This document shows, one piece after another, positions 49,401-62,000 of a stretch of 64,000 bases of DNA. The notes under the pieces are model-generated. The model saw nothing but the letters and a program-made list of their open reading frames with translations. It made no database searches and had not been told where the DNA came from. This DNA is from Blasia pusilla (Eukaryota). The position numbers and the translations under genes were made by a program. Position 1 is the first letter of the stretch, and every line of letters starts with the position of its first letter. The stretch spans positions 17,856,001-17,920,000 of the forward strand of contig CM114271.1 of NCBI GenBank assembly GCA_050084515.1. The letters are read 5' to 3'.

Positions 49401-51937
49401 ATATGTGGGAGGACTTATGGTAATCGTCCTTGGGCGCCCTCTTTAAATGCTCGAACATACCGTTCCATATTGTAAACAGATTGAACTCTCTAGAGTTCCT
49501 AGCCCACTATGAGTCACACCAACTCCTAAACTCCACAATGAAGTCGTGTAGTTCTATAGTGCCTACAGCACCCGAAAACCTACGCGGTCCTCTATCCCGG
49601 TAGTCCATCTCGTACGCCCAACTGGTAGGACCATTTAATGTGTATGGTGGATCACTAACACACTCCTCTACACGCTCCCCCTCGTTTGAAGACGACACAG
49701 AAGGAGATTGAGGTGGTCTCTCACGTGGAGACCCTCGAAACCTCCCACCACTCTACGTAAACCCTCCAAAGCTACTCTCAGATCCACTACCTTGCCTCTC
49801 AAAATCCCGAAAGGATGCCGTGATGGCCCTCGTGCCCCTCTCACATGATGACTCTCAATCTTACGAGTAATCCCTCAATCACTCAAACTAAACATGCGGC
49901 ACTCAAGCTACACTCTCTCACTGAAACGTGTGGTGTGCGGAAACAAGCAGCGTGGTGCGGCAAATCACTGATCTATCGTCTCATCGACAAACCATCCTCA
50001 ACTCTGGACATCCCACATAGGTCTATGTCCCCTAAACCCATACATCATCGATGCTCCTAGCATGAGCACAAAACCCAATATCCCAAATAACTTCCCAATA
50101 CTCGGAAATCCCTGACACGTGCAGGGTAAGAGACCAGAATGGGTAACATGACAATAATGTCGACGACGTTGCTCGGTAACTACAAATCCTGACCCCAACT
50201 CTGTCATGAAGACAACTCCTCCAATTGGCAAGTCATACTCCTCTCGTACTGACGCTGCTCAAACCTCCTCAATGTGCCGTGCAGTCCAGCAGTCCGGTGC
50301 GGCACTGGCGGCACGGAACAACTACAAACAACACAACACTCGGGGCATACCCTCCTCAATTAGAAATTCACACACTTTGCTCCTTAGTGGAGGAGCGGCT
50401 CTATGATCAAGACAGTGCGGTGCGGCCACGAGCGGCATGGCGGGACAATCGGCGGCGCATTGCGGCCACGGGCGTCACGACACGGTAGTCGATCGTCGTC
50501 GAGCGGCTACCAATCAACACATAACAGCATGAAATGAAAACTCAAACACCATAACTTGAGGTCATCTGCTATCATTGGTTGATGACAAAAGTGTGATGAC
50601 AGTGGCGGCCAAACCAAAGTACGTGGTGGCGGTGCAAGTTAGAGAATCAACGGTGGTCGTGGAAGACCCTCCACTCCATAATGGCGGCAATGGCAACCAA
50701 GGGTGGACAACGGCCGAACGCGGCTCTAAGCAGGGCTAGACGGCGGCGGACGGTGGACGATAGACCGTTGACGGTGATGGTGACGATTGACGGTTGATGG
50801 CGACGGTGAATCGTTGATGGTAACGGTTGACCATTGACGGTGACTATGACAACGACAACGCGACGAATGGTTTATTGTTTGAACAATTTAACCCTAAAAA
50901 TCGCCTAGCAATGGCATTTTTGCAAGATTGACCATAACTTTTTGCTTGAAACTCTAAATTGCACCCGTTTGTTGCACAGCGTGTATAACTTCACGATCTA
51001 CAATGGCGTCAAAAAATATTTGAAATTGGACATTTAAGTAAAAACTGAAGGGGATTGTCGTAAAGCTCAATGTTTCTTTCTCCTACATAAAATTTGGCAG
51101 CGCTTCCGCGTTGATTTCTCCCAACGAAAATGTAAAACATGTGAAAATACAAATCAGCAAGTTACATGGTGCTCCCCAGAGCACCAGCATGGGGCAACTT
51201 GCCCCCATACTCAATTCCTATCAAAATTTGGGCAGCGCTTCCCCGCGCCACTCTTCCACACGAAAAATTGGCAAAGGAAATATCACAAGTAAGCGGCTCT
51301 TGCTCCGGTTAGCACTCCCATGAACCGTTGAACAAGGAATACAATCCCCAACCTGCAAAACCAGCGAGTGACGAGTGAACTCCCCCATGAAGCTCTCTTA
51401 CTCACTCATTCTCTCTTTGTAAGATAAGATCCAATCTCTCTCACAACACCATAGTTCTCACATATGTACACTCTCACATGTTTCTCTCAATGTCAAACGA
51501 AACCCACTCTCCTAATGAGAGGCTTGGGTTACACACACAAGGCAAGCAAGACCATAGCTCCGCCGCCTGATGCCAAGAGGTTCAACAAAGAGAGAATGAG
51601 CTCTCAAGCTCTCTCTCCTTGAAGTATATCCCTCCCCTCTCCCAAGCTCTCTCCATGGTAACCTATGCTCCCAAGTCACCTCCTTGGCTCTTGACTTGTT
51701 GTAGGAGGTCAAGAGCCACTTACCAAAAATAAAAAGTCGATCAAATACTCAAAATGGTATTGACCTTAAATAGAAAATTCCTCAATATGGCTCCAAATGA
51801 GCCGAAACGAAGGGGAAACGTGCTCTCTCACGTTTCCCGAGGCCTCAACACGTCATCCTTGACCTACTGAGCCTGTCATCCACTACTCACGAAGACGCTC
51901 TACTAGATCTCACCGATCTATCCTAAAAGACGTGAGA
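46406..51937 (-). mobile_element. Rearranged Ty3/gypsy element: LTR, leader, gag and protease on minus, joined to an inverted DNMT fragment plus partial LTR
   Basis: LTR-family sequence at 51430-51937 (-) and 46406-46670 (+). Gag start RRFSGAVGTIELHDFIVEFRSWCD, zinc knuckle CWSCRGAHHQRDC and protease ILLDSGAQ...YDVLVGG. RT, RNase H and integrase are absent. Confidence 0.88.
46697..46999 (+). pseudogene. C5 DNA methyltransferase (DNMT3-like) N-terminal fragment, motifs I-III
   Basis: GIRVLDLFGGINIGLAAILEARMRVQQYLYVEIDDVARRA...RDISLLGVQDL contains SAM-binding motif I (FxGxG-type), motif II (E-I-D) and motif III (DI). It resembles the DNMT3 segment IRVLSLFDGIATG...YIASE and is truncated before the PC motif IV. 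Confidence 0.85.
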
Positions 51938-52169
51938 GTGCTCTACACCACAAATTGAGTCTGACTTTCTCTTCTATTGAGAATCAACGTGCATCTCCTT
52001 ACGATTTAAAGTTGAATATACACTATAAGCTCTGATGAAATCTGCAATCAATTGTGCTTCATCCAAACAACCATATTTATGATTCGGATACACATTGGTA
52101 TGACAGCAAGAGAAAGTATACACGAGGATTTCCAAAATGTGTGATCTCCTTATTGATCACTCATAGTCC

Positions 52170-52629
52170 ACTCTTCAACAGAGAATCTAGGCTCAATACA
52201 TGCAAGCCGTGATGTATCACGGATCCCAACAAGGGTCTGCAATTCTAAGGAGATGAGCTCCAAATGAGCCTCATCCGAGGTATACCCCCTTGGGCATCTC
52301 CATGGGTGACCTGTACACATAGGTCACCTCCCTCCTAGCAAGTCACTACCCACATGTAGTACATCCATACTAGCTCCCTAACAACTGCACATGTGGTCCC
52401 TTCATGAGACCAACTACCAACTAACCCACGACCCTATAGGTCGAAGTGGAGCCATACATGGTTAGGAAGGTTAACCTCTCCAAGGTTGCCACTCCTCATA
52501 AAGGGAAGGGTGGCCTACACTCATAGGTCACCTCCTAAGAGCAGGACATATAAGACCTCTCAAAATAGGGAAGTACAAGACCCCTAAGGCCTCGATACTA
52601 TCTGGCCCTACGCCTCATATACCACGACA
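52170..52629 (-). repeat. Diverged LTR-like relative of the TGTCACG family
   Basis: 52250-52335 resembles 51590-51685 (atgagctc...tataccc...ctccatgg..acct...gtcacctcc). Terminus TGTCGTG on the minus strand at 52629; the left boundary is uncertain. Confidence 0.5.
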
Positions 52630-55306
52630 CTTTCATAAAGTAATACTCTACTCTCCATTAGCTCATAAGTGCGCATTGGTTTTTTTTCTACATCTAGCCT
52701 ATTATGCGCTCTCCACAAATGTTTAATAATAAATTTCCACGCGCCCCCAAAAGGAAAAAAAAAAAAAACTAGTCTATATACACATAAGCGCGTCTCAGAC
52801 GGAAACCCTACGGATTCAAGCGTCCGACCGTAGGGTCGAATGTCTGAATCCTTAGTTTTTCATGGCCAAATGCGGTCTGCGAATGCCGTTGGAGGTGGAT
52901 GCTTACATCTCACGGCTGGACGTCCAACATCCTTTGCTCATATTTAACCCAATGGCCTGGAAATTTGGAATATGTCAAAGATGAAACTTACTCACATAAA
53001 TGAAAATCGTCCCTATTTTAAGGCCAAACGAGTTAGCGGGACGTCAAAAAATTTACCTCCTCCAAGTGAGACGCCCTATCTATACAATAATGTGAGGAAG
53101 GGGGGGTTACTTCTTTTGGTAACTCCCCGTTCCCAAAGAAGTGAAGCTCCTCCACAAGTGGTGGTCTAAAATGTCTAAAATTTGACTGAAATTTTATTTA
53201 GACGGCCATCTACTTGAGTGAGGTGAGAAGCCACGTTCTTTTTGAACGAGGGGAGATCTATACCATTAATACCTTATGAAAGAGGGGTACCTGAGCTACA
53301 CGGCTTCTATTTACACAAGTGTGCATACGGTATTGGTTAGAGGCTTATGAGGTGGTCATCAACACAAAATCTTCCGAGGCTTCGGCTCTCACAAGTGTGC
53401 ATATGGTAGTGGTTCCAGGCTTGTGAGGCCCTCATCCGCACAATTGGTACCATAGTTATTGTAGTAATTTTGTATAATTGTGGAAAGTTACAGGAGATCT
53501 GGGAGAAAGTTGGAGTTGGAGCACAAGTTGGAGCGAAGGGCAAGTTGGAGTCGTGGGTGGAAGGAAGGTGTGGTTGTATGAACGAAGAGCCCAAGATCCG
53601 AAAAGCCATGTTCTGATCGAAAGGGGAGATTTGTGTTCCAATGTGAAGGTGAGCTTTATGTTCCCATCCAATTCGAAAGTGAGATCCAAAAGCCTTGTTT
53701 CTGGTCCGAAGGTTAGATTTGTATTCTGATTTGTATCCTGTTGAAATGCTTTGGATTCGTGCACTGAACGAGTTGCAACCAGTCCGGATCCAAATTGCGT
53801 TTGCGATCCGAAAGGGCATGTCACAGATTTCACCTTGCTCCAGTAAACTTGAAGGACTTGATTCTGTCTCTCTGATCCTTCGGTAACAGTTCATTACCTC
53901 TCCCACACATACAACTGCCAGTTGTGTGTGTGCCGCTGTCATACGAAGCCCCTATATCCGCCTGCCAAGACAGATTTGAATCGAGCGTATCGACGGTGCC
54001 ACCAACGTCGCCTATTCTCACTACGATCGTCTCGTGGTGAGATGGATACCTTTCTCGGAACTTCCGTCAGGCATTCCCCTCAGTAGTGCATAAGATGCAT
54101 ATAATATTTCCGGCTTGGTACTACTTCGTGTACCTCATGTAGTAGACACTTCCCCTTTTCGATTACTTGGTACTTTAGATTGTCGCTCAATCGTCCTCAT
54201 TTCCAAATTCAGCTTCGAAAAGTTAGTTTTTCTTCTGCATGACCCAAATTTATCCGTCGTCACACTTTCTCACAATTGACAGAGAACGCGCTATCGGGAA
54301 TTACACTCAGTATCGTTTTGACAGGTTCCAACAGAGTTTTTCGATGGTTTCCAATGAATGATATTATTAGGCGTTGAGCTTGGGATCTCTGGGATAGTGA
54401 GAATAGACGTTGTACCACAGGCACAACACACACACGAGAGACTTGCGAATTGCGAGCAGTGCACCAATCGCATCCAGAGAGAGAGAGATTGTGCTGTGTG
54501 GTCTACTAAGGTAGAAAAGGAAAGGGGTTGGATGGGCTGGTCGGTGTCCGCATTCGGCATGAGGATTTTTGGATAGTACTCCAAGAGATTTGGAATGAGG
54601 ACCGTGAGCTCAACGTCCACGAGCATCTTCACATCTCTCCGTGTGGCAGTTCCCATGCCCTCTTTTCACCATCTCTCCTCCTCGTCGTTCTCCATTTCAT
54701 CTCCTCTTTCTTTCTCCCTAAACGCCCTACGACGCCCAAGAGCTCATCGCCTCATCAAAGAAGACCTTGCGAGTCCAGACATGGTAATTCTTCCGGTGTC
54801 CGTCTGGATTTGGCCATTTGTTGGAACCTAAGGTGAGCTTGTCTCTCGCTCGACCTTAGCTGGTCTTTGGAGGTGTCGCATTTGAGAATGCGTTCATGAG
54901 CTTCGGACCGCGGGGTGCGAAGAGATTTTCGGCAATGTTGCATCACCAATCCCACCCTTTTACCAATTGGAACGATGTCTCGGATCCGATCGCCGATCGA
55001 TTCAACGGCTCCCACTTCGCATATGTTCATATTCCTTTCGCCGTGGCGCTTTGTTTCTATTGCGACTTTACAATTCTTGCCTTTATTGCCGTCGTCCTTA
55101 CGTTTTTCCCTGTCTGTCTGAGCATTCTCATCCTTGTTTCCACACACGATCCTAGGCTTCTTGCCGGCTGCCTTCTTCACACCGTGCCCTTCTTTACTAG
55201 AATCGCTACCTTTAAGTGAGGAGCATGGCAAAGACTTTTGGATCTGGAAGTCGCTCTGACATTTTCAGTCAAGTAATATAACGTAATAATGGTACGTTAA
55301 TAGCAT

Positions 55307-55485
55307 AAACGTACCATGGACCATGGCGTGCCCAAGGCAGCCACATGTGGGCTTCACCAGAGTCCGACTGGGAGTGCTCGCGTTTCTTTTGCCTGTCCCG
55401 CCTCTTTCCTCTTTCCTCTCCCATAAACGTACCATGGCCTGCCCGAGGCAGCCGCATGTGGGCTTCACCAGAGTCCGATTGGGAG
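55307..55485 (+). repeat. Direct repeat pair of about 60 bp in the Helitron leader
   Basis: aaacgtaccatgg...gcagcc(a/g)catgtgggcttcaccagagtccga(c/t)tgggag occurs at about 55307 and 55425. Confidence 0.85.
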
Positions 55486-58400
55486 AGCCGCTTCCAAAAT
55501 TGCGTCGACAGCGAGATTCGATCCCCGCCCACCTGAACCGAAGCCAATGACCCGACCTTACTGACGTAGGCCTACTAGATGTTTGGGGACAGGGGGCTTT
55601 CAAATGTTATTTATGAAATTTGTTTTTTCCGTGCCCAGATCTTTTTCTCTTACAAATCTCATAATCTTTTTTTTTAGGTGAGCGTTATGAAATTATAGTT
55701 ACATTTTTCTTACTTGAAATCTGCTCTTGGTGGTCCCTCTTTTTTTTTACTGGAATTATCTAATTATATTGAAATTTTAATATGCTCTTTTTAAATTTGT
55801 AGTGAATAATATTGTATATGCGGAGTGAGGCTAACTAGCTTACGCCATGTTAACTGTCTCATCAAGATGCAAGAGGCGTATAATTGTGGAAGAAATTGTA
55901 ATAAATAGGAGTCCCGAATATTTGGTAGAGAGAGATGAACATAGATTTTCATTATCTCGCTCTGAACGCAAACGAAAATTGTTTGATGTGGACCCTACAT
56001 TTTTTGCTCCTATTTCAAATGGTTTCAATGAGACTGAGGAAGTTAGAGAAGTCTCAATAGGCGAGGAAATTATGATTACTCTCAATAGTAATGAGAGATA
56101 CTCTGTAGATATTTGTCCCGGTCTTGAAGATCTTGAGGATGGAGAATATTCCTCCACTTCCCTCTATGATTCTGAGGGATGGTATGTTGGTGATGAGTTC
56201 GACCTCGAATATAGGTATATGGATTATGGGGATTTAGACATAAGTGCAGATAGTCGAGATATTGGAGATAAGTAGCCCAGAGAGTACTATCTATCGTGTA
56301 TATCCAATTAATTATCAAATCCATGTTGGTTTTGTGTCAGATATGTCTGTTTGAGATTGTTGAGTTGAGCAAACGATCAAGTTTCATTTCTTTGGGAGTG
56401 GTGTTACTCAAAAAAGTAAGTCTTCTCTGCTTGTGTTCTAATATTCAGATGTGGAGATTTAGTATCCTTTTCTATTGGGTATTTCTTTCATTATTTTGAT
56501 ATATTTCTTTTATTTTAATAATTGTGTGGATAATGCTGGATACTTTATAAATGAGTGTTGACGAATTACGCTATAGCGATGGTGAGTTCTACGTTCCTCT
56601 TGATGAACAAGAAAGGGATTATACACCTATAGATGTTGACATCATAGAGGTGATACAAATAGCAAGTCCGGAGTATGTCCCCTCGCCGATCGTTGAAAAT
56701 AGGAATTATGCTTCAAGTCCTGGCTATGTTCCATCGCCGATTTTTGAAAATATGGATAAGGCTTTAAGTCCTAGCTATGTACCATTTCCTATTTGCGAAA
56801 ATGGGATTAATGGTCCTAATGTTAGCATAAGCCCTTTGAGAAATGGTCAGAGTTGTAGTTATGATGAGAGTGCATCTAGGATTTTAACCACACCTGAGGT
56901 GAATCATCATTCTATTTCACAAGAAGTAGTTGGAGGTCAAGAGGGAGAAGGAGATACAGATTCCACACATGATTGCATCCCTTCATCAGACCCTATAGCA
57001 TCTAGCCATTCTTTTGTACGTGATTGTTACGGGTCGGGGTCATGGGAAATTAGTGATTGTCATTCAATTTTCTCTCGAGGACTCAAGTGAGATGAGTGCA
57101 TGAGTCTCATTGCCCGTTAGAATGATTTTCCTATTTCAGATTTTTATAAAAACTTCAGTTATGTGTAAATTTATTTTTAATATAGATTATAATATTCACA
57201 GACCAAATCTTGAGTATAAGTTTTTTGTACAAAATTTTCTCTTTTTTTCTATTATCTTTTTATATATTGACAATATATATTTTGGTCGGATGGTTGATAT
57301 TATCACAAGATGCATGAATCTCAAGAGGAACCATCGAGGCGAAATGAAAAAAGACCATTCGCAGACATCACCAATGTAGTCTCTTTACCTAATGTGGAAC
57401 ATGATCACCACATTTCATGTAGTGCTCCATCTTCTATACGGATTTCGGAGGAAACAGATAAGCTTGCATATAAGAAGGTTAGAAGGGTTGCTTCTCAAAG
57501 AAACAGAAGGGCGCTTCATGATATGCGATTTGTAACTCCTTCAACGACTTTGTCATCTCCAATGTAAGGATACTTAGCATTATATTATAGAATGATATCG
57601 TAACCTTATGTGCACACTCTAGATTTGTTGTGTGACTTTAATATCTTTCATGTTTGTGATGTAGACTTCCAAATCCATCGAACCCGAAACGATTACGTGA
57701 TATACATCAAATTGTGAGAGCTCAAGGACAAAAGCGAAGACATGCTAAATTAGTTGAATTGAGATCTATTGAAGCTGTTGTGAATATTCCATTGATGGAA
57801 GAATTACAACCACCCATCATCGATGGCCCACTAGACGCAAATACTATAAGGTATTTATTTATGTATAACATTTCTACTTTTTATTATAATAATATTTATA
57901 AATTTTTTTCGTATTATGACTTTTTTTATTCTTTGTTCAGGTTGGTAGCAACACCTTCCAATCGAAATCTTCATGCTTTAATAGACTCTACATCGTCTCC
58001 AATGTACGTTTCATCCACTCATTAATTTCTTTCTTTTTATTGGTTTTTTTTAAGTTAATTTTTTTAATTTAATTATTTTGACTTGATTTTTTTAAATATT
58101 TTTTTTCTCAATCTTCCACTTCCGTCCAACCCTCGGGGATTACATGCTATGCTTCAAGTTGCACGAGCACAAGGCCAGAGAAGAAGGCACCATAATTTGG
58201 CCCAAGCGAATGTTCATCAATTGTCTGTGAATCTTCTTCCTAGAGAGGAAGTTGAGGCTATGACTACTAATGACTTTCATACTCAAGCTAATACAAGGTA
58301 TGCTTTACATACTTTTATTATTGATGCTTCTTACTTGGTCTTAAATTTTTATGAATGATTTCTAATAACAAATTTTTTGCAGGCCAATTATGGTACATCA

Positions 58401-58636
58401 TGAAGTTGAAGCTATTCCAAACTCTGGGATTGTGGTCTTTCCATCTCCAATGTATATTTCTAAACTATATATTCAAATTTAATAGAGATGTGTTTGTATG
58501 TATATTTATTCTTATTATAATCATATATATTAATTTCTTAACCTTTGCTTGCAGTCTTCCAATTCCTACCAATCCTCTGCGATTATCTCACATGCTTCAA
58601 GTTGCTCGAGCTGAGGGCCAAAGAAGAAGACATGCT

Positions 58637-58906
58637 CATTTGGATGAAGTACACGAGGTTGCACATGTTGGCGATTCGTTGATAAGGAATGATGCCAATG
58701 GGCCTAATCGTGAAGGCGACATGGAAGTGAATGAAGACAATGTATCTGCCTCAATTCCAAATGTGGGATCACATTTGGATGAAGTACATGAGATTGCACA
58801 TGTTTGTGATCCGTTGTTTAGGAGCGATGCCAATGCAACCAATCGTGAAGGCGACATGGAAGAAAATGAAGACAATGCACATGCCTCGATTCCAAATGTG
58901 GGATCT
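58637..58906 (+). repeat. In-frame 135-bp (45 aa) tandem duplication in a Helitron accessory ORF
   Basis: HLDEVHE(V/I)AHV...NREGDME.NEDN..ASIPNVGS occurs twice. Confidence 0.9.
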
Positions 58907-59079
58907 AGAAGGGTTGTGAACTTGAAAAAGTTGCTCAATATTGCACGTATTCCTAACTTTGAAGAGAACGGTGCAATTTTATTCCTTATGTGAAAAACTT
59001 TGAGAAGAGAAGCACAAAGTTTCGAATTTTAGGCATTGGGAGATCGAATTCTTAGGTTGGGATGATAGTATGATTGGCC

Positions 59080-62000
59080 GTTTTAGTGTTGGACTTGAAT
59101 GTTGTTTGTCCGACTTGCAATGCTCAACATTGGAAGTGTGAGAGAGTGAAGTATACTAGGTTTATAAGCTCGCCTTTTAGTATGTGTTGTGGGCATGGTA
59201 AGATTCAATTACCATATTTGTGACTTCACCTTTCTTTACTAGAGAATTACTTTATGGTATGAGTGCAAATAGTCTTCATTTTTTGCGTAATGCACGTGCC
59301 TATAATAGTGCTCTTCAATTGGCATCTACTGGGGCACATGTGACAGAGCAACGAGGCGGTACAGGAAACTTCAGGATTCAAGGTGGTGTATATCATTCTA
59401 TTGGACCTCTACATGCTGAAAGTGGTGCTCCTCCACAATTTGCGCAAATTTATATTCATGATGATGAGCATCAGATGGAACATAGAAGAAGGATTATGAC
59501 TGGAGATTATCGGGATCAATTGAGGCCAGAGATTTTAAGGGGATTACAAGATATGTTACATGCCCATAATCCATATGTGGCTTTATTTCGAAATGTGGCT
59601 ATTGATCCATGTAATTCTGACTTTCATATTGTTCTTAAGGGTAGTAAGCGAGGTCTGGATGCAAAACGATACACCTTGCCTGTTGCTTCAGAGATTGCAG
59701 CTATCTTGCTTGGAGATGGGAGTGAGCCAGTAGAAGGACGTGATATTATTGTTCGCTTACATGGAGGAGGGATTCGTCGTCTGTCAGACTTGAATGAAGC
59801 ATATATCCCATTGCACTTTGTTTTACCTTTTGTTTATGGTGCAGCAGGTTGACATCATGGGATACCTTTGCAAGGGCAACATGATCATAGAGATGATCCT
59901 CTGTTAAGAGGGTATGCTATGATGGATGAAGATAGAGATGATATTGTACAAGGAGAAATTCAAGGTGAGGTTACCACTCATGAGGCGAGTTCAAAGACGA
60001 TTATTGCTTTACAATTTGCTTCATTCAGACTTCAAATGCGAGCTAATGCTATGGATAATAATCGGTTGTTGAGGTTTGGTCGTCTTACTCAAGAATATAT
60101 GGTGGATATGTATGCGACTATTGAAATGCAACGACTAACTTGGATACGATTGCATCAAAAAGAGTTGAGAGCTGATTTATACCAAGGAGTCAGAGATGCC
60201 ATGACTCGGCATGATGTGAACGGTCAAGGCATAGGGAGACGTATTATCTTACCTTCGTCTTTCATAGGAGGACCCCGTCACATGCATCAATTGTACCATG
60301 ATGCTATGGCCATTGTGAGACATTTTGGGAAGCCTGACTACTTTTTGACAATGACTTGCAATCCTAAATGGCCAGAGATTACCTCTGCTCTGCTGCATGG
60401 TCAATCAACGTCCGATCGGCCTGACTTGGTTGTACGTGTTTTCCAACAAAAGAAGAAGGAGTTGTTGAGACTTATATTGGATAAGCATATTTTGGGTCGA
60501 GTGGTAGGATGCATCATGTGGTCGAGTTCCAAAAGAGAGGGCTACCACATGTGCATATCCTAATTATTCTTGCTTTTGAGGATAAGCCAAGGACAACCTC
60601 TGATTATGACGATATTATATCTGCTGAGATTCCGAATCCCATGACTCATCCTAGGCTACATTCTACTGTAAGAAATTGTATGATTCATGGTCCGTGTGGA
60701 GTAGCACATCCAACTGCACCTTGCACGGATAAAACGACAAAAAAATGTTCCAAAGGATACCCAATGCCGTTTGCAACAATGACAATGGAGAATGAGGATG
60801 GATATCCTATTTATAAGAGGTAATTCATTGGTTTTGTTTATTTCGTCATTTGATGTTCTTCTATTAGTGTGCTATCTTTTTTCCCAACTATTAACATACT
60901 TCTATATGTGTTTATGCAGGCGTGATAATGGCAAATTGATAAATAAGTCAAATCATGACTTTGATATTTGTTGGGTGGTTCCATACAATCCAATGTTATG
61001 TACTTTATTTGATTGTCATATCAATTTGGAGATAACAGATAGCATCTTGGCAATAAAGTAATTTTATAAGTATGTGTACAAAGGATCTGATGCCATATCA
61101 TATACCTTGGCAAATACTACATCAGGAGAGGATACTATTGATGAGACATCATTATATCTTGATGCAAGGTATTTTGATTCCTCCTATCTTTCAAGATCTC
61201 CCAATTTTTCCTAGGATATTAAATGGGAGTCTAACAATATTTATATTGTATGGTATGAAGGTACGTTTCTTCTTCAGAAGCATGTTGGCGAATCTTCAAG
61301 TTTAGTCTACATGCAGAGCAACCAAGTATTGTGAGATTGATTGTTCATCTTCCAGACAGTCAAATGGTATATTTTCATGGGCAAGATTCATTGGGTAATA
61401 TTCTGGAGCGAAGTAAGGAAACCACTCTTACTCAATGGTTTGCAACAAATGTTTCTGATTCGACTGCGCGACAATATCTTTATTTGGAGTTCCCTTCTCA
61501 TTACTCTTGGAATAAGAAGCAATGGCATCTGCGTAAACGTGCGCGAAAAGGATGTGGACATCCTATTGGACGTCTGTATATGACAAATCCAGGTAAACTT
61601 TCGATACTTGTTAAGATACAATTATTTAGGAAAAAATTGAGTTAATGTTAAAATCATATTCATGCTTCCTCCCTAATACTTTTTTTTTTCGCTAATCCTA
61701 GCTGAAGGGGAGCGTCATTGGTTACGATTACTTCTCCATCATGTGAGAGGAGCTCAATCATATCAAGATTTGAGAACCATCGATGGTGTAGTTTATCCTA
61801 CCTTCAAAGATACCGCTATTCAGATGGGACTTTTGGAGGACGATAGAGAGATCTTTTCTTGCTTTGAAGAGACGGTTGTCATTCGTACTGGCTATTCATT
61901 ACGTTTACTCTTTGCCATTTGTCTTCTATATAATACACCTTCCCTTCCGGCTATGGTGTGGGAACATTTTTTGGTTCCATTGACAGAAGATCTTCTACAT

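Noticed and set aside
50750-50860. GACGGT/GATGGT-rich degenerate repeat
   Set aside because: Simple-sequence tract within the retroelement leader; no further structure seen.
53337-55603. Many 100-200 aa ORFs in the Helitron leader
   Set aside because: They overlap on both strands without identifiable motifs, so they cannot be supported as captured genes without a database search.
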